DNA of 64,000 bases from an uncultured Nitrososphaerota archaeon (lineage in GTDB: Archaea; Thermoproteota; Nitrososphaeria; Nitrososphaerales; CADDZS01): positions 1,664,001 through 1,728,000 of the forward strand of contig CAWCYI010000004.1 in NCBI GenBank assembly GCA_963799845.1. Direction: 5' to 3'. The translations under genes and the position numbers were made by a program. This document shows positions 1 through 9,721 of this stretch, in pieces. Positions within the stretch are counted from its first letter, which is position 1. The number at the start of each line of letters is the position of its first letter. Below the pieces are notes generated by a model, which made no database searches, had not been told where the DNA came from, and worked only from the letters and a program-made list of their open reading frames with translations.

Positions 1-582
1 ATTAACATACGAATGTATGATCGGAATCACAGTATCTGGACTGTTTGAACCTTTGAAACAAAGGAACGCATTTTTCCCAACAGCCTTTGCTTCTTTCACG
101 AGCTCCTCCAGCCGTTGTCTCTCCGAAGACAGATAACAACCTGCAAGCAGATACTCCATCAATTCGACGTATGCCTGTGATAGGATTCGTTCGTCTTTTT
201 CGGAAGTTTGTACAGCTACGAGGTCTCTTGCGCTAGGTAGGCATTCGTTGATGATTATCCGGAGTCTTTCATCGCAAGCGTCTTCCGCGAAGTACTTGCT
301 ATAAGACGCTCGTGCCTTGCATCTGTTATGTTCGGATACTCTCTCGTAAGCATCCTTTGCCCTGAGAATTACTCGCTTGAATTCGTCTCTTGTTTTCTGC
401 TGGAATGCTAGCTTGTAGTAACTGTCACCAAGAAGTTCAAAGACTCTTTTTTCAGCATCTCCATTTGTCTTAAGGAAATTCTCTATAACTTGAGTAGCAG
501 AGTTCCAGTCATAGATTTGAGCAAACTTGCTAACCTCTGCCTTCAGGTTATCAAATGATGAAGATAGCGAAGTGCTAGACAA
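1..582 (-). CDS. 5' part of a large alpha-helical (TPR-like) hypothetical protein, runs off the window
   Basis: Hand-translated open frame from TTG at 582 (MSSTSLSSSFDNLKAEVSKFAQIYDWNSA...IIHSYVN) with no stop before base 1; absent from the ORF track because it is truncated. Confidence 0.7.
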   Translation of the reverse strand, partial: MSSTSLSSSFDNLKAEVSKFAQIYDWNSATQVIENFLKTNGDAEKRVFELLGDSYYKLAFQQKTRDEFKRVILRAKDAYERVSEHNRCKARASYSKYFAEDACDERLRIIINECLPSARDLVAVQTSEKDERILSQAYVELMEYLLAGCYLSSERQRLEELVKEAKAVGKNAFLCFKGSNSPDTVIPIIHSYVN

Positions 583-886
583 AAGAGCAGTTCGAAGATT
601 TCGGGTAAGGGATATTTAAAAGAAAATAGCGATAGCATCTTCAGACAAGGAGCACATGCTCAATTACGCCCCTACGTACTTGGGTCTAAGAATGTGATTT
701 TTGGAATGATAAGAACATCGACGAGTTTTCGGCTCAATAGATTGACAAACTTTAGAGCCATACCCAACCCGACAATCCTTAAGTCACAGTTTGATGAATC
801 TCGTCCTAAACGGTTGATCTTCCGCCGAACTACAGACACGCAATAGATAGTCCATGGGCGGCAGTTTATTGTTTTTTGAAGTTCGT

Positions 887-1330
887 TTATTTCGATATCT
901 TCAAAGCGAGGGGAAAGGAAATCTCTTCCTCTTCTTTGTGGTGTTTCTTCAATTCAATCGCAAAGTCCTCGATTTCCCGTTTTGCCGTATTTGGTGGCAG
1001 TTCTGAAAGATGAGGTAGTTTCTCATTCAAGAATTCCTCAATCCTTCTGTGGTGTCGCATCACTTCGGCATTTCTTTCTAGTTCTGGTTTAGCGTTGTCT
1101 GCAATTACTTGAATTATTCTCGCTTCTTCCTCGATTGCATGTCTGAGAATTTGTTGAGATAATGAATTTAGAATGCTCTCTGCCACTTTCAAATCTCCCG
1201 CTTCAGCAAGTTCCACTGCACGGTCTAGTTTCGGGGCTAACTCGCGATGTTCCCTTTCCAATCTTTCCACTAACTTTGGAATAGGTTCGCTATGGTCTAT
1301 TCTGTAACTCATGCATTCTAATCCCCGCAA
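887..1330 (-). CDS. hemerythrin (HHE) domain protein
   Basis: EHREL, RHAIEEE, HHRRIE and HHKEEE..FP metal-ligand pattern; start may be the later MSYRID. Confidence 0.85.
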   Translation of the reverse strand: MRGLECMSYRIDHSEPIPKLVERLEREHRELAPKLDRAVELAEAGDLKVAESILNSLSQQILRHAIEEEARIIQVIADNAKPELERNAEVMRHHRRIEEFLNEKLPHLSELPPNTAKREIEDFAIELKKHHKEEEEISFPLALKISK

Positions 1331-1490
1331 TGAGACTAAAACGCGTATCGCTTTTAGTTTTGGGCGAAGAATTTTTCTCCGTTTCTTTCGTGCCTGCGTT
1401 TACTTCCCTTGGCGAAGGTAACAAGGAATAATTATTTGATATTGCCAAACTGCTTTTGGAATACGTAGATTCGTAATCATAATTGGCATA

Positions 1491-1900
1491 GTGGTCTTAG
1501 CGCTTATTGTAATCACTGTCTTTGGGATTAATTCGAATATTGGGTTGCATCCTACCACTCAACCCGTAACTACGAATACTTCAACCACTTGCACAGAACA
1601 ATTTGAAAATGCTTGCAACGGAAACTGGACTGCCTACTTTTTGATATCAGTAAACTACGCTGGCGCATGGAGCGCTTCTTACAATGCTACTAAACTACAC
1701 GGGGATAGGTGACAATTCTACCCAAATAGTTGTGGATGCATACGGTGTTGTAGTGATTACGTTTTGCGCTACGGTGCAGAAAATGGATTCATCAAACTCT
1801 ACGCTTTCTCTTATCGTTAAATTTCGCTGGAACAGGAGACCCAAGCACTTCGCTTCCTTTTGGTTCAGTGCAACAGTGTGTTTCCGTAGGAATCTGAATA
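1491..1900 (+). CDS. membrane-anchored secreted protein split by frameshift(s); end approximate
   Basis: ORFs 1491-1712 and 1684-2013 join into a hydrophobic N-terminus, Thr-rich linker and small beta domain (VNYAGAWS...GDNST...QKMDSSNSTL). Confidence 0.45.
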
Positions 1901-2089
1901 GTTCCTTCGCTTCCGAGAGCAGGAGAAACGCAGAACCACTTAACCGAATTTTTCTCGGTTTCTTTCAAGTGCTTTCTTGCATCCTTGAGGGATGGAAGTT
2001 GATTTTATGCTGAACGGTTCTTATCCCTGACCGTGGGAGAAACAAATCTTATCTGAACCCTGACTCTCCTAGTAATCCATCGATTAAAG

Positions 2090-2347
2090 ATGAAAGATGA
2101 AGAAATAGAGAAACAATTAGCCCAGATTAACAATAGGCTAGAAAAGATTGAACGGGAATATCGAAGCCTAATAGGCTCATTAAACTCTATTGAACTTGGT
2201 GGTATTACCTCTTCCAATGACGTATTACCTCTTCCAATGACAAATTTGAAAGGTATCATAGACTTGAAGACTCGCTTAGTCAGAATTGAACGCAAATTAG
2301 AACGATTTGGAGAACGAATAGAGCGATTAGAGAAAATGATGCTTTAG
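2090..2347 (+). CDS. small coiled-coil hypothetical protein
   Basis: 85-aa ORF with heptad patterns at both ends. Confidence 0.55.
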   Translation: MKDEEIEKQLAQINNRLEKIEREYRSLIGSLNSIELGGITSSNDVLPLPMTNLKGIIDLKTRLVRIERKLERFGERIERLEKMML

Positions 2348-2449
2348 CCCTGACCGAAAAATTCACTAATCAAATTGAAACGGCTAGTTATTTTCCCTGA
2401 AACATTCGAGACAGTTCTCCCCGTTCCACTTGAAAGAATGAATGGATTC

Positions 2450-2767
2450 TCAGGATGTAGAGTTTTGATGAGTAATTGTTAGTGTGTAATAGGAAGTTGT
2501 GTTGGAACTAGGATATTCAAATATGATAACTGTAGTCGTAGAATCAGCATAGGTTGAGACAGATGAGAGTCCACAAACAGGCACTCCTGAGCAATCCATA
2601 GTTTGAGTTGTATAATTCGAGTTTGTAGGAAAAGACACCGTTAGTGTCTGAATTTGGGTTGTCGTTTCGGTCGTTGTCGTCGGGGGTGAAGCTGAACCCA
2701 GAGCAATTCCAATAAGAAGCATGATGACTCCCACTCCTAGTAATAACAGAAAGGTTGAACTTTTCAT
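2450..2767 (-). CDS. small secreted or membrane-anchored Thr-rich protein
   Basis: N-terminal hydrophobic helix and TTTTETTT linker. Confidence 0.55.
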   Translation of the reverse strand: MKSSTFLLLLGVGVIMLLIGIALGSASPPTTTTETTTQIQTLTVSFPTNSNYTTQTMDCSGVPVCGLSSVSTYADSTTTVIIFEYPSSNTTSYYTLTITHQNSTS

Positions 2768-3095
2768 TTTATTCTGATTTCACTGGAAGACATCCTATAA
2801 GGTTCTAGTCCTTAGAACATAGTTCGTGAGATTCGAGCGTTCTCCAAACCTAATGGGCAGTTTCAAGCACTTCTCGTATATACATAAGTGGAGCCGTTGG
2901 GACATACATCTGCGTAGGGGCTAGTTACGCAACAGGCTCATCTCTCGGTATATGCGGAGACATTTATGGCATCTAGAAGTCAATCCGATAATAGGGCATC
3001 GCCAGCAACCCTGACAGTTATCCTCAAATAAAAGCGGAACCTACCTCCTTTTAATCCAGCGAACTCTAAAGGTCATCAAGGCAGATGAATGAGCG

Positions 3096-3239
3096 ATGAA
3101 TCAAAAGGACATTGAACGGAAAGAAGAATGAGCAGACCAAATTTTGGAATTGCTAAAAGAAGTAAAAGATTATGTTCCAACCGAGCACCACATCGAAATC
3201 GATACCTTAATGGACAAAATTCGGAACTTGCTTCTGTAA
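3096..3239 (+). pseudogene. 48-codon helical ORF interrupted by an in-frame TGA
   Basis: MNQKDIERKEE*ADQILELLKEVKDYVPTEHHIEIDTLMDKIRNLLL*. Confidence 0.3.
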
Positions 3240-3295
3240 ACACTTCAACAAAAAGTGCCGGTAGTGTCGGTATTTTAGGCGTATGAATGTCACTT

Positions 3296-3570
3296 GGCAC
3301 CGTAGGTGCCGTCACTTTGCACTGGCGTGCAAAAAGGAAAAAGGTAAGGGTTGAACTCCTTAGTGGCGTATTAGGTCAGGTTAGGGAGCAATTTAGGGTG
3401 CGTTCGACGGCGTGTGTCGCCGTCGGTGTGGAGGGGGCACCTTTTTTCCGATAGCTGAAACAAGCTGTTTCAATTGAACTGAGCTGCTAGAAAACAATCT
3501 GCCGACTACGAACGCGCGGATGCGGGAGCTTCCCTAGGGGCCCCCCTCTATATAATTGGGGTACCCTAGT
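3296..3570. repeat. cluster of hairpins and short repeats (origin- or terminus-like)
   Basis: GGCACC-gta-GGTGCC 3296-3310, TTTGCAC-tggc-GTGCAAA 3316-3333, TTAGG(G) at 3371/3381/3393, CGACGGCG-tgtgt-CGCCGTCG 3405-3425, GGGGCCCC and GGGTACCC at about 3537-3566. Confidence 0.5.
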
Positions 3571-3728
3571 CAGAAAACACTTTACCCTATTACGAACGCA
3601 GAAAATTTGATTATGATGTTGAAATATGCACGCAGAGACTAATTACTTCCGCCGACAAGATCTGCGGAGTTATGTTCGAATCCAGGCCTGAAAACGTTTC
3701 TAATTACTCTCAAGATTGTTTATTCTGA

Positions 3729-4292
3729 TTATAGCTCGATTGACATTATCACGTCGTCGAAAAAGCGTCCATCGCGTCGAGTCTTCTTTGGGATTCTTCC
3801 GACATGCTTGAATCCCAATCTTTCGTACAAGCGTATTGCCCGCAAATTATTATGGAAAGCGGCGAGTTCAATCGAAACCAAACCTGCCTTTCGACATTCT
3901 TCCAAAGCAATTCGAATTAATTCGGACCCAACTCCCATGCCTCTAAATTCCCTAGCAATCGATATTCCCAAGATACCATGATGTCTTTCGTACGAAACTT
4001 TTCCTCTGGCTACATTAGTAAATCCCACAATGACTCCATCAATTTCAGCAACAAGACAGACTTCCTCACCGGTTTCGATCCGGACCAGAAGTTCAGCTAG
4101 CCATTTTGCCCCTTCGCCTGTAGCGGATTTCTTTTCAAACAAGATGCCAAAGTCTAGATCTTTTTCGCTCTCTTCGAATATGTTATCCCAATAGACTGCA
4201 AGACTATAGAGGTCTTCCCATTTTGGATATCTCAGAATAATCTTGTTGCCATTCTTCGCGAGGAATTCGCTTACAATAATTCCGCTCTTCAA
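3729..4292 (-). CDS. GNAT N-acetyltransferase (RimJ/RimL/YhhY-like)
   Basis: LGISIAREFRGMGVGS acetyl-CoA motif and NLRAIRLYERLGF. Confidence 0.9.
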   Translation of the reverse strand: MKSGIIVSEFLAKNGNKIILRYPKWEDLYSLAVYWDNIFEESEKDLDFGILFEKKSATGEGAKWLAELLVRIETGEEVCLVAEIDGVIVGFTNVARGKVSYERHHGILGISIAREFRGMGVGSELIRIALEECRKAGLVSIELAAFHNNLRAIRLYERLGFKHVGRIPKKTRRDGRFFDDVIMSIEL

Positions 4293-4413
4293 TTCTTATT
4301 TCCTTCGAAATCAGATTATTTGCCAAGCTGGAATGAGTTATAGCCTGAACAGTCAGTTAGCGGTTTTTCCTAGATAGAATTTCCGAATTACCAGTTAATG
4401 ATTCAGCAACGTT

Positions 4414-4710
4414 TTATGCTCCCTTGCCCGCCTCATCCATTTCATGAGGTTTCCCACGGCTCTCGCCTTTTTTCGGAGGCAGACCGTCCAGCTCGGACAG
4501 CCGATTTTCTAACTCCTTTATCCTCCTGCTATCGCTCCAAAGAACGTAGACAACGATCGGCGCAAAGAAAAGCATGAAGATTGACTGAGTAAACGCGAGG
4601 GCGAGGAACGCTACGAGTACTATAGCTACAACCATCAAGATTTGTTCCGAGTAGCTTCTTTTAGTCGGCATGGGTTTCCTGAAGAAAATGCATGAATTAA
4701 ATCTATGCAA
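4414..4710 (-). CDS. small two-helix membrane protein
   Basis: Two hydrophobic segments then a charged coiled coil; start probably MPTKRS. Confidence 0.6.
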   Translation of the reverse strand: MHRFNSCIFFRKPMPTKRSYSEQILMVVAIVLVAFLALAFTQSIFMLFFAPIVVYVLWSDSRRIKELENRLSELDGLPPKKGESRGKPHEMDEAGKGA

Positions 4711-4734
4711 TCAGCCCTTCCCATGCATTTAGAA

Positions 4735-5850
4735 TTATCCTATTTCGGTTGCTTCAAAGACTCGTTCAAATCTCGATTGTAATTTCGGACTCTCAAGAAA
4801 ATCTGAGCTGTCCATCAACTGGTCTATGGAACCAATCATTGGGAGATTTCGAATTGACGGATCCCGAATCTTTTCCATGATTTCTTTAGCAAAAATGTCT
4901 CCGTGGATCACAAGGTAGGGTCTGTTATAGAATTTGGAAACTTGGGTCTTCATTGTCTTTGTAATCTTCAGGGAATTATGCTTCGTTGAGACAATGGAAT
5001 ATGCCCTAGCTATGTAGTATTCTCTCTCGTTGATGGAGGTTGAGTCAAGTACCTTGCCGAGAACTGGCGAGATCTCTTTTGCGATCTTGAGCTCGGAGAA
5101 GGCTTTTCCAAACCATTTGCTGTAAGGTGCATACGTTTTTTCCATCAAGAAGCATAGTCCCATGAGATCTCTAACTATCTCGGAAGCGATGATTCTCGAC
5201 CCCAATTCATCACCGACGACCGCAGTTCGACCAACAAATGCTTCCTTCTGCGAGATCTTTGACCACTGGGAAGCCAGCATAAAGAGCCAGACATCTCTCG
5301 GATAATACTCAAAATTCTTGATAATCGCCTTTATCCCGAGACCATCGTGGAATATCTTTCCCTTGACAATTGACAGGAGTTTCTGCTGCGGTAAAGTCAG
5401 CCAAGTCGAATCTCTGATTTTCTGGTACGGGTGTATTCCAAGATATTCTTTGAAGAAAGACCTTATCGTATAGAACATTACATAATGGTCAATTTTCCCA
5501 GAACTGCTTTGTTTCGGTACTCTCACTCCGATCTCATCTGGTTTGCCAAAACTGGTAGAATATCCTAGAAAAGAGCGAGGCAAATTCACTCTAAGTTCTT
5601 GATCGATCTCGTTGCTTTGGGTTCTAAGATCATTATCCATTAGAAACAGGAACAATCGGAGGCCCCAGTTGTGGTCTCTTGATTGGGGAGTATCGTATCC
5701 GAGGACCTCAGATCCGCTTCCTAAGAGACCCGCGGAATATTTGAGACGAGGAAATTTAGATCCGAGTATGGGCTCGACTATTTTTTTGTAATACAACTCG
5801 TCTAGTCGCAGACCTGGCATGAATTTGGGCATAGTTTCATGCCTTCCCAT
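4735..5850 (-). CDS. DUF4037 domain protein (nucleotidyltransferase-like fold)
   Basis: GSGSEVLGYD..SRDHNWG, WL..PQQ.L, YYPRDVW and YAPYSKW motifs. Confidence 0.85.
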   Translation of the reverse strand: MGRHETMPKFMPGLRLDELYYKKIVEPILGSKFPRLKYSAGLLGSGSEVLGYDTPQSRDHNWGLRLFLFLMDNDLRTQSNEIDQELRVNLPRSFLGYSTSFGKPDEIGVRVPKQSSSGKIDHYVMFYTIRSFFKEYLGIHPYQKIRDSTWLTLPQQKLLSIVKGKIFHDGLGIKAIIKNFEYYPRDVWLFMLASQWSKISQKEAFVGRTAVVGDELGSRIIASEIVRDLMGLCFLMEKTYAPYSKWFGKAFSELKIAKEISPVLGKVLDSTSINEREYYIARAYSIVSTKHNSLKITKTMKTQVSKFYNRPYLVIHGDIFAKEIMEKIRDPSIRNLPMIGSIDQLMDSSDFLESPKLQSRFERVFEATEIG

Positions 5851-5942
5851 CGCTCTAACTATAATAGCGTCTGCCCCGGCTATCGAGAATAAACTAAGTT
5901 TACTCCTCCCGATTTCCCTCGGATATCTCCAGAGTATCTAAA

Positions 5943-7730
5943 TTGTTAATCAAACAAAATATCAGACCTGCGTTCAAGACAATCTGGAGGCTAGTTCTGG
6001 CTACAATTATCATTCTAATTCCGCCAATCATTTTCGAAAAGTACACTTTCTTCCTTTATACATCAGCCAATCCAGATTTTTTCAACTATTCTGGCTCTAG
6101 ACTCTTGTTTGACATTATCTGGTTTGCAGCGGGCGGAGTCCTATGTGCCGTAATAGTTGGCAGAGAAAAGAAAGCAGTCATACTTCCGCCACTAATTTCT
6201 TCGATGTTATTCATCATCGCTGTTAACGTGCCTCCATTTTGCGACGTAAGAGAGTGTTACATAAGTTCGACGGACGGCCTGGCTCCTCTCAGGGACTTTT
6301 TGCTTTTCGGATCTCTCAGTGTGATCACTTCAGCTTCTTCACTTAAGAAATGGTACACGGAAGTAGCAGGATTCCGAAGACGGGTGGACTTCGCATTCCA
6401 GCTCGGTGTCGTGACTCTCGTGGGGTTTGCCCTAAGTTTCTTTCCGATCATGCACATCTTCGCAGGTGTGTCAGTTCCTTTTCCCTTAAACTATCTTCAG
6501 TGGTTTCTCTCAGCTGCACCAGCCAGCTTGGCGGGATCGATGCTGATCCTGGGCCGCAGCAATATTTACGCCGGCTTTGGCATCCTTTTCTCAGGAATTT
6601 CCGGTGTACTTCTTGCACTGGTTCTCGCGATTGAACTCCCCTGCGAGGACTGCAGTGGCTATCCGGTTGCAACTACATCGACAATATTCCTGGCCTTGCT
6701 GTTTACGATACCGGCGTTGCTTCTCGGAAGAAAGATTGCCGCATGGAGAAATAGCTCTATCGCAGTTAGAAGGGCTTATCGAAGAGCTCCGGGCATAGTT
6801 GCAAGCGTCTCAATAACGATCGCCATAATCATGATGCTGGCTTTCTATTTCGCCTCGAACTATCAGGTTTCGGTCGTAAACGGATTTTCTGGAGTCACAA
6901 ATTCCAGTTCCTCTCCTCTTGAAATTGGTAGAACCTTTGTCTACTCTGCCGGATATTTGGCAATTCCACGGGTTACTTCAAAAGCCGTGGGGGTCAACGT
7001 GAGTTTTGGGAATACAACTATTGATCAGGCAAAGTTCCCGAATGATTTCCTGGCGGCAGGAATAGGAGACCAATCGCCTAACTGTTGCAAGGACGGATTG
7101 GACCTAGCTTACCGAGCTGATGTTATCCAGTTCTCGAACGGCACCGAGGCCGTGCTTGCGAGGGCTTGGTGGGCCTGCGATGTGAACATGGCATGCGGAG
7201 GATACACCTGGCAGCAGTTGCTGCACTTGGGCTTGAAAGATATTTCCAAGGGCACGCTATCGAACTGGATTGAGCTCGAGATGAACTGGACGAGCTCTGC
7301 GAACATTCAGTGGTTTTACAGAATCAGTTATGTAAATAACCACAGCTCGACACCTTGGGTGCTTTTCAGTTCCTTCACGCCTCCGTCGATCCAGAATCAC
7401 TACTGGGACACTGGATTGTTTTATGTTGGAACGGGAAATCAACCGACGGGATACGCGTACTTTTACCAGTTCGGCATTTCAAGCGCCTATCCAATCACAG
7501 ACGGAAACTGGCACGTCCTAGAGCAGTGCCCAGAAATAATTCTTAACGGCTCCTGGACCTGCCTGCCGAAAGCCGCATTCATAAGCGGGTCGCACTCGTT
7601 CTGGAAGGTGCTATACACCTTCGGGGAAAATTACCCCGGGACTAATTTCTTGTATCTCGGGAATCACGAAGTCGAATTTTATTATTCTGAAGCAGTAAAG
7701 AGTCCGCCGGATGGAACTCCGATATGGTGA
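5943..7730 (+). CDS. multi-pass membrane protein with a C-terminal extracellular beta-rich domain
   Basis: About 9 hydrophobic helices, then a Trp/Tyr/Cys-rich soluble domain. Confidence 0.7.
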   Translation: MLIKQNIRPAFKTIWRLVLATIIILIPPIIFEKYTFFLYTSANPDFFNYSGSRLLFDIIWFAAGGVLCAVIVGREKKAVILPPLISSMLFIIAVNVPPFCDVRECYISSTDGLAPLRDFLLFGSLSVITSASSLKKWYTEVAGFRRRVDFAFQLGVVTLVGFALSFFPIMHIFAGVSVPFPLNYLQWFLSAAPASLAGSMLILGRSNIYAGFGILFSGISGVLLALVLAIELPCEDCSGYPVATTSTIFLALLFTIPALLLGRKIAAWRNSSIAVRRAYRRAPGIVASVSITIAIIMMLAFYFASNYQVSVVNGFSGVTNSSSSPLEIGRTFVYSAGYLAIPRVTSKAVGVNVSFGNTTIDQAKFPNDFLAAGIGDQSPNCCKDGLDLAYRADVIQFSNGTEAVLARAWWACDVNMACGGYTWQQLLHLGLKDISKGTLSNWIELEMNWTSSANIQWFYRISYVNNHSSTPWVLFSSFTPPSIQNHYWDTGLFYVGTGNQPTGYAYFYQFGISSAYPITDGNWHVLEQCPEIILNGSWTCLPKAAFISGSHSFWKVLYTFGENYPGTNFLYLGNHEVEFYYSEAVKSPPDGTPIW

Positions 7731-7758
7731 ACTAATTCTACTATTATCATACACGGTC

Positions 7759-8319
7759 TCATAACTCGATTGCCATCGTCACTTCGTCTAGAAATTTGCC
7801 GTTGCGATGGATCTTCTTCGGAATAACACCAGCTCTATTGAATCCAATTTTTTCGTAAAGATGAATTGCTCTCGAATTGTTTGAGAACACTCTAAGTTCA
7901 ATTGTCCTAAATCCGGCTTTGCGACATTCATCTATCGCCATCCTTATCACTTCAAAACCGATTCCAAGATTTCTGAATTCTTTTGCAACTGATATTCCCA
8001 AGGTACCGTGATACTTGACAGCCAGTCCTTCTCCTCTATCTACTTCCGTATTACCGACGATCTTTCCGTCCGACTCCGCGACGACGCTTATCTGAGATCC
8101 TTCCTCGATCCTGACGAGTTTATCTGCGAGCCATTTTGCTTCTGATTCTACGGTTTGTCTCTCAAGAGCAATTCCAAAGCCTTGATCTTGCTCGCTTTCC
8201 ATCGCCAAGTCATTCACATATGCGACGGCGTTGTCGAGATCTTCCCACTTTGAAGACCTCAAGATGATCGTTTTTCCATTCTTGGCAACAAACTGTTTGT
8301 AAAATTGGCCGCTCTTCAT
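7759..8319 (-). CDS. GNAT N-acetyltransferase, paralog of 3729-4292
   Basis: Start set at ATG 8319 by alignment with the paralog (MKSG....F.AKNG..IILR..KWEDL); LGISVAKEFRNLGIG motif. Confidence 0.9.
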   Translation of the reverse strand: MKSGQFYKQFVAKNGKTIILRSSKWEDLDNAVAYVNDLAMESEQDQGFGIALERQTVESEAKWLADKLVRIEEGSQISVVAESDGKIVGNTEVDRGEGLAVKYHGTLGISVAKEFRNLGIGFEVIRMAIDECRKAGFRTIELRVFSNNSRAIHLYEKIGFNRAGVIPKKIHRNGKFLDEVTMAIEL

Positions 8320-8383
8320 TTTTCGTAAACCCACTCCACCGGAGATTTTGTTATCAACTATCGAGAAGCCAATTCCTGTGTTG

Positions 8384-9721
8384 TCATGAGTCCCTCGGAT
8401 TACCTTTGAACCTTTTTTCCGCACCTATTCTTGAAATCTCTTGATGCGCAATAAACTCTTTCTCGAATACCGATTCGTCTATAATGATTCCTTTTTCGCT
8501 GGCGAGCTCCTTCGTCATCTCAATTGGGAAACCAAAACTTTGGAAGAGTAAGAAAGCGTCGTTGCCGTCAATTTGTTTTTTCTCTTCAACGATACGATTG
8601 AACTTTCTCAAGCCACGATTAATTGTACTTCTGAATCTCGATTCCTCTTTAACTGTCTCATTCAAAATGAACTCCGAATTCTGCTCCAAGTCTGGATAGT
8701 CGATTTTGTAAATATCTATGACCACTTTTATCAAGTCAGTCAGGAATTCTTTTTCTATTCCCACTAATTTTCCATGCCTTATCGCTCTTCTCAATAACCT
8801 CCTCAGGACATACCCCCTTTCGACGTTGCTCGGTTCAATATGCTCAGCAAGAATGAAAGTAGAAGCTTTTACGTGATCCGCTATTATTCTCACGGACTTT
8901 TCTTGCCCGTCTTGTAATGGTAACTGAATTCTTGCAATTTCAATCATCTTTTCAATGATCGGCTTGAAAGTTTCTATTTCAAAGACACTTTTCATGTGGT
9001 TCAGACAAGCGACAGTTCTTTCGACACCCATTCCTGTATCGACATTCTTCTGTTTCAGCAGTTCGTATTTTCCTTCAGAATTCTTGTTGTACTGCATGAA
9101 TACGTTGTTCCAAATTTCAACAAACTTTCCACAGGGACAACCAGGTTTGCAATCTACTCCGCAGAATTCCTTGCCCGAGTCATAGAACATTTCCGTGTCG
9201 GGCCCGCAGGGACCGGTCTCACCAGCTGGACCCCACCAGTTGTCTTTCTTGGGCAGATAGAAAATTCGTTCTGGTGGCATCCCCACGCTTCGCCAGATGG
9301 TGGCGCTTTCCTCGTCCCTTGGCGCGTCATCGTCTCCCGCGAAGACTGTAACATAAATCAGATGTTCATCTATTCCAAGCCATTTTTCATTTGTAAGGAA
9401 TTCGAAACTCCACTCGATGGAATCCTTCTTGAAATAGTCTCCCAGAGACCAGCTACCCAGCATTTCAAAAAAAGTCAGATGAGAATCGTCACCAATATCA
9501 AATATATCATCGGTCCTCAGGCATTTCTGGACGTTTGCCAACCTTTTTCCTGAGGGATGTCGTTCTCCGATCAAAAAAGGCACCAGTGGATGCATACCGG
9601 CTGTAGTGAATAAGACGGTCCTGTCCTTTTCTAGAATCAGTGGGGCGCTGGGAATAATTACATGATTCCTGCTTCTGAAGAATTCTAGAAACGACGCTTT
9701 CAGAGTTTTCGAATCTATCAT
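8384..9721 (-). CDS. alaS: alanyl-tRNA synthetase, bacterial type, aminoacylation and tRNA-recognition domains only
   Basis: LFTTAGMHP, QKCLRT, HLTFFEMLG, EIWNNVFMQY, DTGMGVER, IIADH, RGYVLRRLLRRA; stops after AEKRFKG with no editing or C-Ala domain. Confidence 0.9.
   Translation of the reverse strand: MIDSKTLKASFLEFFRSRNHVIIPSAPLILEKDRTVLFTTAGMHPLVPFLIGERHPSGKRLANVQKCLRTDDIFDIGDDSHLTFFEMLGSWSLGDYFKKDSIEWSFEFLTNEKWLGIDEHLIYVTVFAGDDDAPRDEESATIWRSVGMPPERIFYLPKKDNWWGPAGETGPCGPDTEMFYDSGKEFCGVDCKPGCPCGKFVEIWNNVFMQYNKNSEGKYELLKQKNVDTGMGVERTVACLNHMKSVFEIETFKPIIEKMIEIARIQLPLQDGQEKSVRIIADHVKASTFILAEHIEPSNVERGYVLRRLLRRAIRHGKLVGIEKEFLTDLIKVVIDIYKIDYPDLEQNSEFILNETVKEESRFRSTINRGLRKFNRIVEEKKQIDGNDAFLLFQSFGFPIEMTKELASEKGIIIDESVFEKEFIAHQEISRIGAEKRFKGNPRDS

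Noticed and set aside
3129-3131. In-frame TGA considered as selenocysteine or stop-codon recoding
   Set aside because: No redox motif context, and TGA serves as a normal stop throughout the window.
3660-3695. GTTCGAATCC, resembling a tRNA T-loop or att site
   Set aside because: The flanks do not form a T-stem and no cloverleaf can be built.
8320-8424. Possible AlaRS-GNAT fusion by frameshift, since the GNAT frame is open back to 8424
   Set aside because: The GNAT paralog at 3729-4292 starts at the position equivalent to ATG 8319, which favours an independent gene; a read check would settle it.
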